Positions 17,661-28,406 are shown, counted from the first letter of the stretch. The stretch is 64,000 nucleotides of DNA from an uncultured Clostridium sp. (GCA_902493795.1 CABUQZ010000009.1:3329-67328), one strand, 5' to 3'. Notes: generated by a model not told the origin, from the sequence alone. Translations and numbers: made by a program.

Positions 17661-19268
17661 ATGGATTTATTAATATATTTAATATTCTTCTTTCAACTAT
17701 TTTATGCTGCATACACAAGTAAAAAAGCACTTCATATGCTACAACAAAACTTATATAATGAAAACAATAGATATATAAAATGGGTGTTTGAAAACAAAAA
17801 GCAAACATTTACAAATTTAAATTTATATGGAATATTATTTTCTATATTACTTATGTACTCAAGAACAGAAGATATGGACTTATTCTTCCTAGGAGTATTG
17901 ATTTTAGTCTACATAATAAGTTTTCTAGTAGATAAAGATAAAAGAAAACTAGATCAAAATAAAAAACCACTTGTAATAACAGCTCGTGTTAAAAGATTAA
18001 TATTTACATTGTGTATTTTATTTTTAATTCCAATAGTAGTTTATTTTTTCGATAAGTATTCAAGAAATTACGTAATACTTTCTTATGCCATTATGATATC
18101 TTTAGATTACATTATTATTTATATTGCTAATTTAATAAATCATCCACTAGAAAGAATGATTTATCATGGCTTTGAAAAAAAGGCTAAAAATAAACTTAAA
18201 TCTATGAAAAATTTAAAAGTAGTAGGTATTACTGGAAGTTATGGAAAAACTAGTAGTAAAAATATTCTTGATAGTGTCTTAAATGTAAGATTTAATTCAC
18301 TAGCAACACCAAAAAGTTTAAATACTTTTAATGGTTTAATGATAACAGTTAATAATAAATTAACTAAGTTTGATGAAATCTTTATAGCAGAGATGGGAGC
18401 ATATGTTAAAGGAGAGATTAATGGTCTTTGTAAATTAGTTAATCCTAAATATGGAATAATAACATCAATTGGAACTGCTCACTTAAAGACTTTTGGAAGT
18501 GAAAAAAACATTCAAGAAGGTAAAATGGAACTTATTGAGTATCTTCCAAGTGATGGAGTAGGAGTTCTTAATAAAGATGATCCAAAACAAAAAGATTATA
18601 AAATTAAGAAAAAAGATCATGCTAAAATATTGTGGATTGGTATAGATGAAGATGACGTTGATGTAAGAGCAGAAAACATTAAATGTAACAATAAAGGAAC
18701 ATCTTTTAATGTTATATTTAAAGGTGATAAAAAAGCTTACCCATTTGAGACAAAACTTCTTGGAAAACATAATGTTTATAACATCTTGGCAAGTATAGCT
18801 CTAGGAAAAGAATTTGGTCTTTCTATAAAAGAGTTACAACAAGGAGTTAAAAATGTTAATCAAGTAGAACATAGATTGGAACTTAAAAGAATCGGTACCT
18901 TCTATCAAATTGACGATGCCTATAATTCTAATCCAGTTGGAGCAAAAAGCGCATTAGATGTTCTTGATATGATGGATGGAACTAAAGTTGTAGTAACTCC
19001 AGGAATGATAGAACTAGGAAGCAAAGAAAAAGAACTAAATAAAGAGTTTGGAAAACAAATTGCAGATGTTGCAGATGAAGTAATTCTAATTGGAGAAAAA
19101 AGAACAAAACCAATTCATGAAGGTTTACTTGAGAAAAAATACAATGAGAAAAAAATACATGTATTAAATGACGTAAGAGAAGCATATACTCTTATCAATA
19201 AACTAAAAGATAAAGAAGACTTATATGCGTTATTTGAAAATGATTTACCAGATACATATACTGAGTAG
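17661..19268 (+). CDS. murF: UDP-MurNAc-tripeptide--D-Ala-D-Ala ligase MurF with an N-terminal polytopic membrane extension
   Basis: Mur ligase P-loop GITGSYGKTSSK, DAYNSNP, and C-terminal domain. The first ~175 aa are 4-5 hydrophobic helices instead of the usual soluble N-domain. ddl is immediately downstream. Confidence 0.85.
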   Translation: MDLLIYLIFFFQLFYAAYTSKKALHMLQQNLYNENNRYIKWVFENKKQTFTNLNLYGILFSILLMYSRTEDMDLFFLGVLILVYIISFLVDKDKRKLDQNKKPLVITARVKRLIFTLCILFLIPIVVYFFDKYSRNYVILSYAIMISLDYIIIYIANLINHPLERMIYHGFEKKAKNKLKSMKNLKVVGITGSYGKTSSKNILDSVLNVRFNSLATPKSLNTFNGLMITVNNKLTKFDEIFIAEMGAYVKGEINGLCKLVNPKYGIITSIGTAHLKTFGSEKNIQEGKMELIEYLPSDGVGVLNKDDPKQKDYKIKKKDHAKILWIGIDEDDVDVRAENIKCNNKGTSFNVIFKGDKKAYPFETKLLGKHNVYNILASIALGKEFGLSIKELQQGVKNVNQVEHRLELKRIGTFYQIDDAYNSNPVGAKSALDVLDMMDGTKVVVTPGMIELGSKEKELNKEFGKQIADVADEVILIGEKRTKPIHEGLLEKKYNEKKIHVLNDVREAYTLINKLKDKEDLYALFENDLPDTYTE

Positions 19269-19277
19269 GAGGATAAA

Positions 19278-20459
19278 ATGATAAAAGTTGGTGTTATTTT
19301 TGGTGGAGAAACAGTTGAACATGAGGTAAGTATTATTTCAGCTGTTCAAGCAATGAATAAATTAGATAATGAAAAGTATGAAATTATACCTATATATATT
19401 ACAAAAGAAGGTGAATGGTACACAGGTTCTGCCTTAAGAGAAATCGATATATATAAAGATATGGAAGTTTTAAAAAGATATACAAAAAATGTTGTTCTTT
19501 ATAAGAAAGATGATCGCTTTGTACTTCAGAAGAAAGGCTTTTTAAAGTCAATTGTTAATGATATAGATGTAATGCTTCCTGTAGTTCATGGAACTAATGT
19601 TGAAGATGGTGTATTACAAGGATATCTAAAGACAATTGGTATTCCTTTTGCAGGAAGTGGAGTAATGCCTAGTGCTGTTGGGCAAGATAAAGTAATACAA
19701 AAACAAGTATTCGAGTGCACTAATCTTCCAATTACAAAATATCATTGGTTTTATGATTGTGATTACAAACAAGATTCTGATGAAGTAATTAAAGAAATCG
19801 AAAAGAAATTGAATTATCCAATGATAGTAAAACCTGCTACTTTAGGTAGTAGTGTTGGAATATCTTCGGTAGAAGATAAAAAAGATCTAAAAAAAGCAAT
19901 TGAAGATGCTATACAATATGACACTAAGGTTGTTGTAGAAGAAAAAGTAGAAAACCTAGTTGAAGTAAATATAAGTGTTTTAGGAAACTATGAAAACTGT
20001 AATTTAAGTGAAATAGAAGAAGTTATAACAGATAATGCACTTCTTACCTATGAAGATAAATACACAGGTGGTAAAAAAGGAAGTTCAAAAGGAATGGCAA
20101 GTGCTTCTCGTATCATTCCAGCTAAAATTGATAAGAAACTAAAAGAAACAGTTGAAGATGTTGCTACAAAAGCTTATAGAGCTATGGGATTAAGTGGAGT
20201 ATCAAGAATAGACTTCTTAATCGATAAAGAGAAAAAGACAGTTTATATTAACGAGGTTAATACTTGCCCTGGAAGCTTAGCATTTTACTTATGGGATGCC
20301 AAAGGAAAAGACTTTACTCAATTATTAGATGATTTAATTAATTTAGCAATTAAAGATTTTAAGAAAGATAGAAAGAAAGTTAGAAGCTTCAAATCAAATA
20401 TTCTTAGTGGATATAGTGGCCTAAAAGGTGCCAAAGGAAAATTCGGAAAATTAAAATAA
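19278..20459 (+). CDS. ddl: D-alanine--D-alanine ligase
   Basis: VGVIFGGETVEHEVSIISA, ATP-grasp core, and NEVNTCPGSLAF. Confidence 0.9.
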   Translation: MIKVGVIFGGETVEHEVSIISAVQAMNKLDNEKYEIIPIYITKEGEWYTGSALREIDIYKDMEVLKRYTKNVVLYKKDDRFVLQKKGFLKSIVNDIDVMLPVVHGTNVEDGVLQGYLKTIGIPFAGSGVMPSAVGQDKVIQKQVFECTNLPITKYHWFYDCDYKQDSDEVIKEIEKKLNYPMIVKPATLGSSVGISSVEDKKDLKKAIEDAIQYDTKVVVEEKVENLVEVNISVLGNYENCNLSEIEEVITDNALLTYEDKYTGGKKGSSKGMASASRIIPAKIDKKLKETVEDVATKAYRAMGLSGVSRIDFLIDKEKKTVYINEVNTCPGSLAFYLWDAKGKDFTQLLDDLINLAIKDFKKDRKKVRSFKSNILSGYSGLKGAKGKFGKLK

Positions 20460-20479
20460 AACTATAGGGGAGTGGTTGT

Positions 20480-21619
20480 ATGGATTTTTTGGAAGAAAAG
20501 GATGATAATGAATTGTCATTATATTTTGATGTCCAAAATTTATCTATCGACCACTCTTTAAGTTTGGATGAAATAGAAGAATATAAAGACTTAATTTTCT
20601 CCCCTAATAGCATATCTCAAATATATTTTAAAAAAGGAACTGATAAAGAAAGTGTAGAGCTTGTAAAAAATCTATTATCAATCAGTGATTACGTAGTTGA
20701 CGAGAATGTCGAAAAATATGTTTTAGTAGACATGGATAAAAAAGAACTTGAAGACTTTTTAAATTCGAGTTACGAAAACCCATCATCATGGTCACTTCCT
20801 TATGAAAATAATAATTCAAGTTTTTCAATGGTAGATATTCCAATGTTTAGGGTATTAGTAAGTTATATTAAATCTTTAGAGAATGAAAACTTATCTCCAT
20901 TAGAGATGGTTATGAAAGTCTATGATAGAGTTAAAATGTTTGATTACTCTAGCAATTTAGAAGAAAGAAAACTTCCAGATATAATAAGAACTAGAACAGC
21001 AAATCAAAAGGAGTATAATGAACTTTTCTCTTATATCCTTAATTATATGGGATTTAAAACATTTCTTGGAACAGTAAAGAGTAAAGATAAAAGAACATCT
21101 CTTATAACACTTGTCGATATAAAAGATCCAAAACATCAAGTAGATGGAATATATCTTTTTGATCCATCAATGGACTCTCTTTCAAAAGAAGATTATAAAG
21201 ATGAAGAAATAAGAAAAATGAATTATAATTTCTTCGGTTTAAATGTATGCTTAATAAATAAATCAAAATATGAAGATAGTCTTTCTAATGTTTTAGCTTT
21301 AATTGCACTTGATAACTATGATTATAGCTACGATAAGATAAACACAACTGAAAATAAAGAATTATTAAAAGAAATAAAGAATATATTAAAATCTTTTAAT
21401 CTTTCCTACAAAGAACTATATGAAAGAATAAGAAGTAGTATATCAATTGACTGTGATAAGATTGTAGAAGTAAATAACATATTAAAACCAGTTGACCCTG
21501 AAATAGAAAAAAGAAGATCTCATTTTATAAAAGAAAACTACAAATTAAGAAAGAAAGAACTATTTGAAAGTGACTTTGAAGAAGAACTTGCAAATATAAT
21601 GGGAAAATTAAATAATTAA
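20480..21619 (+). CDS. Hypothetical protein (379 aa)
   Basis: Long ORF with coding-like composition and a downstream terminator. No motif recognised. Confidence 0.55.
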   Translation: MDFLEEKDDNELSLYFDVQNLSIDHSLSLDEIEEYKDLIFSPNSISQIYFKKGTDKESVELVKNLLSISDYVVDENVEKYVLVDMDKKELEDFLNSSYENPSSWSLPYENNNSSFSMVDIPMFRVLVSYIKSLENENLSPLEMVMKVYDRVKMFDYSSNLEERKLPDIIRTRTANQKEYNELFSYILNYMGFKTFLGTVKSKDKRTSLITLVDIKDPKHQVDGIYLFDPSMDSLSKEDYKDEEIRKMNYNFFGLNVCLINKSKYEDSLSNVLALIALDNYDYSYDKINTTENKELLKEIKNILKSFNLSYKELYERIRSSISIDCDKIVEVNNILKPVDPEIEKRRSHFIKENYKLRKKELFESDFEEELANIMGKLNN

Positions 21620-21627
21620 AAAAAATT

Positions 21628-21655
21628 AGAAATTCATTGGAATTTCTTTTTATTT
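21628..21655 (+). terminator. Rho-independent terminator
   Basis: Stem agaaattc, loop attg, stem gaatttct, followed by ttttattt. Confidence 0.7.
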
Positions 21656-21673
21656 GAATAATAATATATAGTG

Positions 21674-21702
21674 TTGACAAAATATTTAATAATTAGTATA
21701 AA
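21674..21702 (+). promoter_or_regulatory. Sigma-A-type promoter of topA (TTGACA-17-TATAAA)
   Basis: ttgaca at 21674-79, 17-nt spacer, tataaa at 21697-702. Confidence 0.6.
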
Positions 21703-21726
21703 TAAATAGGAAATGGATGTGGGATA

Positions 21727-23748
21727 GTGGCAAAAAATTTAGTAATAGTGGAGTCACCAAGCAAAAGTAAAACAATTGAAAAATATTTAGGAAATGGATA
21801 TCATGTAGTATCATCTAAGGGACATATAAGAGATCTTGCAACAACAGGAAAATATGGCTTAGGTGTTGATATAGATAACGGGTTTAAACCTTCATACGTA
21901 CCAATAACTGGGAAACAAAAAACAATAAGCGAATTAAAAAAATTCGTTAAAGATAGCGATAAAATCTATCTTGCAACCGACCCAGACCGTGAAGGGGAAG
22001 CAATAAGTTGGCACTTAAAAGAAGCATTAGGAATCAAAGAAAGTGATTATGAAAGAGTCTTATTTCACGAAATAACAAAAGATAAAGTAATTGAAGCTTT
22101 TGAAAGTCCAAGAAAAATAGATTATGATTTAGTAAAAAGCCAAGAAACAAGAAGAATACTTGATAGAATAATTGGTTTTAGACTAAGTAAATTAATGCAA
22201 GCTAAAACAGGTGGAAAAAGTGCAGGTCGTGTTCAAAGTGTAGCATTAAAACTTATCGTTGATAGAGAACGTGAAATACAAGCATTTAAAAGTGAAGAAT
22301 ATTGGACATTAACATCTGTATTTAGTAATTTTGAAGCAACATTATTTAATTATAAAGAAAAAGAAATAAAATTAAAAAATGAAGAAGAAACTGATAATGT
22401 AATCGCATCATTAGGAAAAGACTATAAAGTAATAAAGGTTGAGGAAAAACAAAAGGCTAAAAAAGCAAAACCACCATTTATTACTAGTACAATGCAGCAA
22501 GATGCTTCTAATAAACTTGGGTTTAACGCTAAAAAGACAATGTCACTTGCTCAAAAACTATATGAAGGAATAGATATTGGAACTGAAACAGTAGGTCTTA
22601 TAACATACATGAGAACTGACTCAATAAGATTAAGTGATCAGTTCATTAAAGAGTCATATAAATTTATTAACGATACCTATGGAAAAGAGTATGTAGGATA
22701 CGTAAAAACAACAAAGAAGAAAGATAACGTTCAAGATGCCCATGAAGCTATAAGACCAACAAGTATTTATAGAACACCAGAGAAAATGAAAGAATATTTA
22801 TCAAAAGATGAATATAAGTTGTACGAGTTAGTATATAGAAGAGCACTAGCGTCTATCATGGCTGATGCTAAAGTAAACGCAACAACAGTAGTACTAAGAA
22901 ATAACGATTATGACTTTAAGGCAACTGGTCAAGTATTAATTTATGATGGATACTTAAAAGTGTATAAAGAATTTGAATCAAGTGAAGATAAAGAACTACC
23001 AGTATTAAAAGAAAATGAAGTTCTAAACAGTGAAGACTTAAAGAAAGAGCAACATTTCACTCAGCCACCAGCAAGATTTACAGAAGCTAAATTAATTCAT
23101 GAGATGGAGGAGTTAGGAATAGGAAGACCATCAACGTATGCAACAGTAATCGATACAATTAAGGAAAGAAAATATGTTGATTTAGAGGAAAAGAAATTTA
23201 TTCCAACTGAAATGGGTATTGAAACAACTGATAAACTACAGGAGTTCTTTAGTGGAATAATTAATGTTGAGTACACAGCTAATATGGAAACAGACTTAGA
23301 TAAAATTGCTGAAAACAAAGAAGATAATATCAAAGTATTACAAGAGTTCTATGATTCGTTTGAGCCACTTGTAAAAAAGGCTTTTGGAGAAATGGAAAAG
23401 AAAAAAGCAGAAGAAACAGGAGAAAATTGTCCAAATTGTGGAAGCCCATTAGTAATTAGAAAAGGAAAGTTTGGAGAATTTACTGCTTGTAGTAATTATC
23501 CAAATTGTAAATATATCAAAAAGGAACAAAAAGAGATAAAAGAAATAACAAAATGTCCTAAATGTGGTGGCACAATAGTAGAAAAAACAAGTAAAAGGGG
23601 AAAAGTCTTCTATGGATGTAATAATTACCCAACATGCAAAGTAGCAACATGGGATATTCCAACTGGAGAATTATGCCCTGAATGTAACGAATTACTAGTA
23701 AATAAAAATAACAAGATAGTTTGTTCAAGTTGTAAATATGAAAAATAA
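21727..23748 (+). CDS. topA: DNA topoisomerase I
   Basis: GTG start. Toprim motif LVIVESPSKSKTIEKYLG, DPDREGE, active-site region GLITYMRTDS, and three C-terminal CxxC...CxxC zinc ribbons. Confidence 0.95.
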   Translation: MAKNLVIVESPSKSKTIEKYLGNGYHVVSSKGHIRDLATTGKYGLGVDIDNGFKPSYVPITGKQKTISELKKFVKDSDKIYLATDPDREGEAISWHLKEALGIKESDYERVLFHEITKDKVIEAFESPRKIDYDLVKSQETRRILDRIIGFRLSKLMQAKTGGKSAGRVQSVALKLIVDREREIQAFKSEEYWTLTSVFSNFEATLFNYKEKEIKLKNEEETDNVIASLGKDYKVIKVEEKQKAKKAKPPFITSTMQQDASNKLGFNAKKTMSLAQKLYEGIDIGTETVGLITYMRTDSIRLSDQFIKESYKFINDTYGKEYVGYVKTTKKKDNVQDAHEAIRPTSIYRTPEKMKEYLSKDEYKLYELVYRRALASIMADAKVNATTVVLRNNDYDFKATGQVLIYDGYLKVYKEFESSEDKELPVLKENEVLNSEDLKKEQHFTQPPARFTEAKLIHEMEELGIGRPSTYATVIDTIKERKYVDLEEKKFIPTEMGIETTDKLQEFFSGIINVEYTANMETDLDKIAENKEDNIKVLQEFYDSFEPLVKKAFGEMEKKKAEETGENCPNCGSPLVIRKGKFGEFTACSNYPNCKYIKKEQKEIKEITKCPKCGGTIVEKTSKRGKVFYGCNNYPTCKVATWDIPTGELCPECNELLVNKNNKIVCSSCKYEK

Positions 23749-23775
23749 AAAGTATTAGAGATTTCTAATACTTTT
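23749..23775. terminator. Bidirectional hairpin terminator between convergent topA and the DUF3592 gene
   Basis: Stem agtattaga, loop gatt, stem tctaatact, flanked by A-run and T-run. Confidence 0.65.
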
Positions 23776-24478
23776 ATTGTGGCATATATTTATTTAAGGA
23801 TTCAATATCCATAACGTATTCTTTGTAATTACTAGGATTTACATATACTGGAATTTTTTGAATGTTATTACTTGCAATTACATTAGGTGTATCATCGTAT
23901 ATATTATCGCTTGTAAATTCATAAGTTGTTCCATCTGGTCCAACTGCTGAAGCTTTAATAACAAATGGGCTAACACCATTTACTCTAACACTTGTATTTT
24001 GAATAACACTAACTATATTAGCATCAATAAGACAACCATATCCTATAATTCTTTTACTTTTTTTCTTTTTCTTTAAATTAGCTATAAACCAAATCAAAGG
24101 TATTAATACGAATACACCACCTAAAATAGAAAATATAATTACTATTATTGAACTATCACTAGACATTATTTCACCAGGGTTATCAGGATTATAATAAATA
24201 GTAACAATATTACCCTCTCTCATAGAAGAATTATAAGTATTTAATTCCTCATTATATGTTTTACCATCAACAAAGTATGATACATACACATCGTAATCAG
24301 AGTCACCATCACCATGATACCTTTCATTAATTCTTGTAATAGTAGCCTCGGTCTTTATAGCATTTTTCATGAAATTTTTAGTATCATTCCAAATAAAAAA
24401 TCCTAAAGCAACAAATATAATACCAACAATCAAAAAAATTGACATAACTATTTTTACTGTTTTATTTCCTCGTTTCAT
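23774..24478 (-). CDS. DUF3592-like membrane protein
   Basis: TM, then a beta-rich segment (ATITRINE...DVYVSYFVDGKTY...GNIVTIYYNPDNPGE), a second TM and basic stretch, then a second similar beta domain. This is the pattern typical of DUF3592. Confidence 0.6.
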   Translation of the reverse strand: MKRGNKTVKIVMSIFLIVGIIFVALGFFIWNDTKNFMKNAIKTEATITRINERYHGDGDSDYDVYVSYFVDGKTYNEELNTYNSSMREGNIVTIYYNPDNPGEIMSSDSSIIVIIFSILGGVFVLIPLIWFIANLKKKKKSKRIIGYGCLIDANIVSVIQNTSVRVNGVSPFVIKASAVGPDGTTYEFTSDNIYDDTPNVIASNNIQKIPVYVNPSNYKEYVMDIESLNKYMPQ

Positions 24479-24565
24479 TTAATATCACTCCTTTATTATA
24501 TTTTAGCACAAGAAAGAACTTATAATAAAAACTTATGCTGAATGCTTATAAAAAAAATAATATCT

Positions 24566-26443
24566 TTACACGATATTATTTTTCTTTGCTAAAACTTTTT
24601 GATATTGAATTTGATAATCATCAATACTTCTTCTTTTATTATTAATTATTTCTGCTGTTTCATCAAGCTTATCTTCCATTTTTTTAATGTCATCTTTTGT
24701 ATAAGGATTTAAAAGAAATTTTTTAATGCATTCGTTTACTAAATTATCTGCAAGTCTTCTAAGAGGACTAGTAGAGTGGGAATAATACTTTGTACCCAAA
24801 CCAAAGTGCCCCACATTTTTTCTTGAATAGTATGCAACTGGCATTAATCTTTTAATCATATCGATATTATTAGCTATTTTATTTTCATCATTTTCTTTCA
24901 ATAAACTTTGTAATCTATCGAGTTTAATAATATCTTCTTCTTCAATATGATGACATCTATATAGGAATGGCAAATCAAGCTCTTTAAACTTTTTAGCAAC
25001 ATGATGGTTTGTATAAATCATAGCACTTTCGACAATTGAAGATCCAATTGATTTATCTTGATTACCATGAAACTGCTCATATAATTCATTTTCGTTATAA
25101 ACTCTTTTTAAAATAGGAGAGATATTAGATAAATGATAAACAATTTCAGCTAGTTCATCACTTCCTGTACCATTTTTCAAACATTCATCAAAAGATGAGT
25201 AAGATAGATTACCTGCAATTTCACATATCTCATTTTTAATATCAAAATTAATAAGATTTCCATTTCTTGCATCAATATCAAAATAATATGACATACAGTG
25301 CGTTTTCTTGCCAGTATTTAAACTCATCAAGTCCCCAGATAACTCTAGCAAATATAATGGAATACAATCATCATCCATATATATAGAAGTAGTTCTTCTT
25401 TTAGCTTCATCCATTAATATCGAATTTTCATCAATATAACTTCCAGGATCTGCAATATGTACACCTAAGTGATATATACCATCTTCATAAGTAATAGATA
25501 ACCCATCATCAAGTTCTTTAGCACCTTCACAATCAAATGTATATATCTTTCTATCAGTAGAAATAGGACCAATATCCTTATTCCTTAAAATAATATTTTT
25601 AGCTTCTAATTTATGTGCTTCCTTAAAATTATCATGTATTTCATATTTATAATTTAGATAAGAAATATCTTCTTCATTTTCTATTCCTAAAATAACGTCA
25701 ATAGCATTATTAGTATAAAAAGATAGCTTTTCTTTATGACGAGATGTTAAACATTCTTCTTTACTTGCAAAATCTTTTATTTTTTCAATAAGTAATTTCT
25801 TATTATATTTATTTGTACTTTTAACTAAGAAAGAAAATACTTTATCAAAGTAAATTAAATCATCTAAAGGGCCTAAATTAGGCTTAGATAAATAAGTATG
25901 TAAAGAAGATAAATAACCATCTAAAACTCTTTCAATTAAAGGAATATCATTTTTATCTATTGAATTACTTAAATAAGGAAATCTAGTTAAAGATTTTTCA
26001 ACAAAATTATAATACTTTAACTTAAATATAATATGATCGATAAATTCTTCTTTATTAGGATCATAATCAACTGGATTTTCAATATATATTCTAAGTAGTG
26101 TATTTTCCATTTTATTTAAAACATTGCAAAGTAACTTATATTTACTTCGTTCTTTACTATTTTGTGGCTTATTACTATGAAGAATAGTTCTTATATTATT
26201 ATGAATGAATATAAATCTTTCATATAAATTTTTTCTTATATTTTGATTATCCCCAATTAAATTTGCTAATTCGTCAAACAAAGAAAATAAATACGTTATA
26301 TCACTTTCATTTTCGTAACTAAAATTATTAATTTCATCTTCAAGTATTTCTACTAAAGCGTTACAAGCTTTAAATTTATTACTAGTTTGTAATCTTTCTT
26401 TTTCATTAAGAAGTAAATCTTTAATATGATCTATATAACTCAT
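24566..26443 (-). CDS. RNB-domain 3'-5' exoribonuclease (RNase II/R superfamily), atypical architecture
   Basis: RNB motifs GAKELDDGLSI, GVHIADPGSYI and STSPLRRLADNLV. GGAGGG RBS 8 nt before the ATG at 26443 (MSYIDH...). Confidence 0.8.
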   Translation of the reverse strand: MSYIDHIKDLLLNEKERLQTSNKFKACNALVEILEDEINNFSYENESDITYLFSLFDELANLIGDNQNIRKNLYERFIFIHNNIRTILHSNKPQNSKERSKYKLLCNVLNKMENTLLRIYIENPVDYDPNKEEFIDHIIFKLKYYNFVEKSLTRFPYLSNSIDKNDIPLIERVLDGYLSSLHTYLSKPNLGPLDDLIYFDKVFSFLVKSTNKYNKKLLIEKIKDFASKEECLTSRHKEKLSFYTNNAIDVILGIENEEDISYLNYKYEIHDNFKEAHKLEAKNIILRNKDIGPISTDRKIYTFDCEGAKELDDGLSITYEDGIYHLGVHIADPGSYIDENSILMDEAKRRTTSIYMDDDCIPLYLLELSGDLMSLNTGKKTHCMSYYFDIDARNGNLINFDIKNEICEIAGNLSYSSFDECLKNGTGSDELAEIVYHLSNISPILKRVYNENELYEQFHGNQDKSIGSSIVESAMIYTNHHVAKKFKELDLPFLYRCHHIEEEDIIKLDRLQSLLKENDENKIANNIDMIKRLMPVAYYSRKNVGHFGLGTKYYSHSTSPLRRLADNLVNECIKKFLLNPYTKDDIKKMEDKLDETAEIINNKRRSIDDYQIQYQKVLAKKNNIV

Positions 26444-26622
26444 AACTAAAACCCTCCACAATTATTATAAAATACTTTTCTTGAATTTTGAAGGATTATG
26501 TAGTATAATATAGGCTAATTTTATGCACATGTATATAAAATGGGGTAATTATAAGTGTGATAATAGCGTTTTTTGTTTGCTAAAATTTTATATTTAGCAC
26601 TATAAAGAAAGAGGGTATAAAA

Positions 26623-27531
26623 ATGGAAGTAATAATTAAAGATAAGAAAAGTGATATCATAACTGCTCAAAAAATTGTTAGCCGTGATTTTAAGATGAAT
26701 TCTAATGAAAACTTTTATATAAATTCAGGAATATATAATTTCACTAATGAGGCAGTAGCAGATCCTCTTTATAAAAGCGAGATAACAAATAAAAACAAAA
26801 TATTATCAGTTATTGCTTCAGGTGACCAAATTCTAAATTCGATATTGTTAGGTAGCACAGATATAACAGGTTTTGATATAAGTAGATTTCCTAAGTACTA
26901 CTTATTATTAAAAATTGCTGCTATACATGCTTTAGATAAAGAAGAATTTTTAGACTTTTTCTCATTTCATGGAACGGAAGAAGAAGTTGAAAGAAAATTT
27001 GATAAAATAATAGAACATTTAGACCCTGTAGCACTAGAATTTTGGCAAAGCTTATATGATTATTTTGAACCGTATGAAATATCAAGTTCAATGTTATTTA
27101 CAAGTAGTTATGTAGATAGATTAATGGCAGTAGTTTTTAATCCATATTTACAAGGTGATAAAGCATATGATGAATTAAAAGAAAAGTTACAAGATGTAAA
27201 ACTAAATTTAATTGATGGTAATATTTATTCTTTAGTAAGAGAACATAAATTTAAGGAACCATTTGACCTTGCTAATGTTTCAAATATTTTAGGAGGTAAT
27301 AAACAAAAAGATAATATAGAACTTCTTGAAAAAATACCATTAAATACTAATGCTAGTATACTTGGATATATGTTTTATTATGCGGTAGATGAAGAGAAAG
27401 AAAAAGAAAAAAAAGAAGTAGAAAAAAGTCTTACAAATAATAATATAACTACTAAAGTAAATGATGCTACATTAACAAATGGCGCAGGACTAATTCTAAC
27501 TAAAAGGAAAAGAAAAATATGGAAAATGTAA
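26623..27531 (+). CDS. DUF3419/BtaA-like SAM-fold protein, type A copy 1
   Basis: Motif I-like ILSVIASGDQILNS, acidic residue at ITGFDIS, and FPKYYLLLKIAAIHALDKEEFLDFF. Basic C-terminus LTKRKRK. Confidence 0.55.
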   Translation: MEVIIKDKKSDIITAQKIVSRDFKMNSNENFYINSGIYNFTNEAVADPLYKSEITNKNKILSVIASGDQILNSILLGSTDITGFDISRFPKYYLLLKIAAIHALDKEEFLDFFSFHGTEEEVERKFDKIIEHLDPVALEFWQSLYDYFEPYEISSSMLFTSSYVDRLMAVVFNPYLQGDKAYDELKEKLQDVKLNLIDGNIYSLVREHKFKEPFDLANVSNILGGNKQKDNIELLEKIPLNTNASILGYMFYYAVDEEKEKEKKEVEKSLTNNNITTKVNDATLTNGAGLILTKRKRKIWKM

Positions 27532-28406
27532 AAGAAGATGTTAGAATAGCACAACATGTAATAGAAGGGGATTTATTAATAATATTTGAACCAACATTTC
27601 ACTCACATTCTATTATCTATCCATCTACAAATGAAAAAATAAGCTCTCCTATATATAAAGATAGTTTAAAAAATAAAGAAAAAATACTATCGGTAATTGG
27701 TTCAGGTGATCAAATACTAAATTCAGTATTATTAGGGAGTAAACAAATAACAGGATTTGACATTTCATGTTTTACAGGTTATTATCTAAAACTAAAAATT
27801 GCAGCTTTAAAATCATTAAATTATCACGAATATCTTTCTTTCTTCTCATGTCAAAGTAAAAATAGATTTTCAAAAAAAATATATGAAAAAATAATTCCAT
27901 ATTTAGATAGTGACACAGAATATTTCTGGAGTAGTATTTTTAGTTTGTATGATGCTAAGGTAATAGGTTTTTCCAATTTGTTTGTAATGGTAAATAATAA
28001 TAAATTTAAACAAAATAACCCATATCTAGAATCAAAAGAAGAATATGAACTTCTAAAATCAAAAATAAAAGACATCGATATAAACTTGATATATAAAGAT
28101 ATATTTGAACTTGTAAATGAATTAACTGATAAATATAATTTGATAAATCTTTCGAATATTGTTGATTACAACATTAAAGGAGTAACGGTGGGAAACATTG
28201 TAAAAATTGATTGTCGATCTAGGGAAAAAATTAATAGACTGTTAAGAAACCTACCCATGGAAAATGAAGGAATAACTCTTATGTATTCAATGGATTATAA
28301 TATGGCAAGAATGATAGATGTTATTTTAACATCAAATGAAATGGAACATAATGAATATGAAATCGATTGCTTTCATAAATTAATTTTATCAAGAAAAAGA
28401 AAATAA
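27519..28406 (+). CDS. DUF3419/BtaA-like SAM-fold protein, type B copy 1
   Basis: ILSVIGSGDQILNS, ITGFDIS, and FTGYYLKLKIAALKSLNYHEYLSFF. C-terminus LSRKRK. 13-nt overlap with the preceding gene. Confidence 0.55.
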   Translation: MENVKEDVRIAQHVIEGDLLIIFEPTFHSHSIIYPSTNEKISSPIYKDSLKNKEKILSVIGSGDQILNSVLLGSKQITGFDISCFTGYYLKLKIAALKSLNYHEYLSFFSCQSKNRFSKKIYEKIIPYLDSDTEYFWSSIFSLYDAKVIGFSNLFVMVNNNKFKQNNPYLESKEEYELLKSKIKDIDINLIYKDIFELVNELTDKYNLINLSNIVDYNIKGVTVGNIVKIDCRSREKINRLLRNLPMENEGITLMYSMDYNMARMIDVILTSNEMEHNEYEIDCFHKLILSRKRK

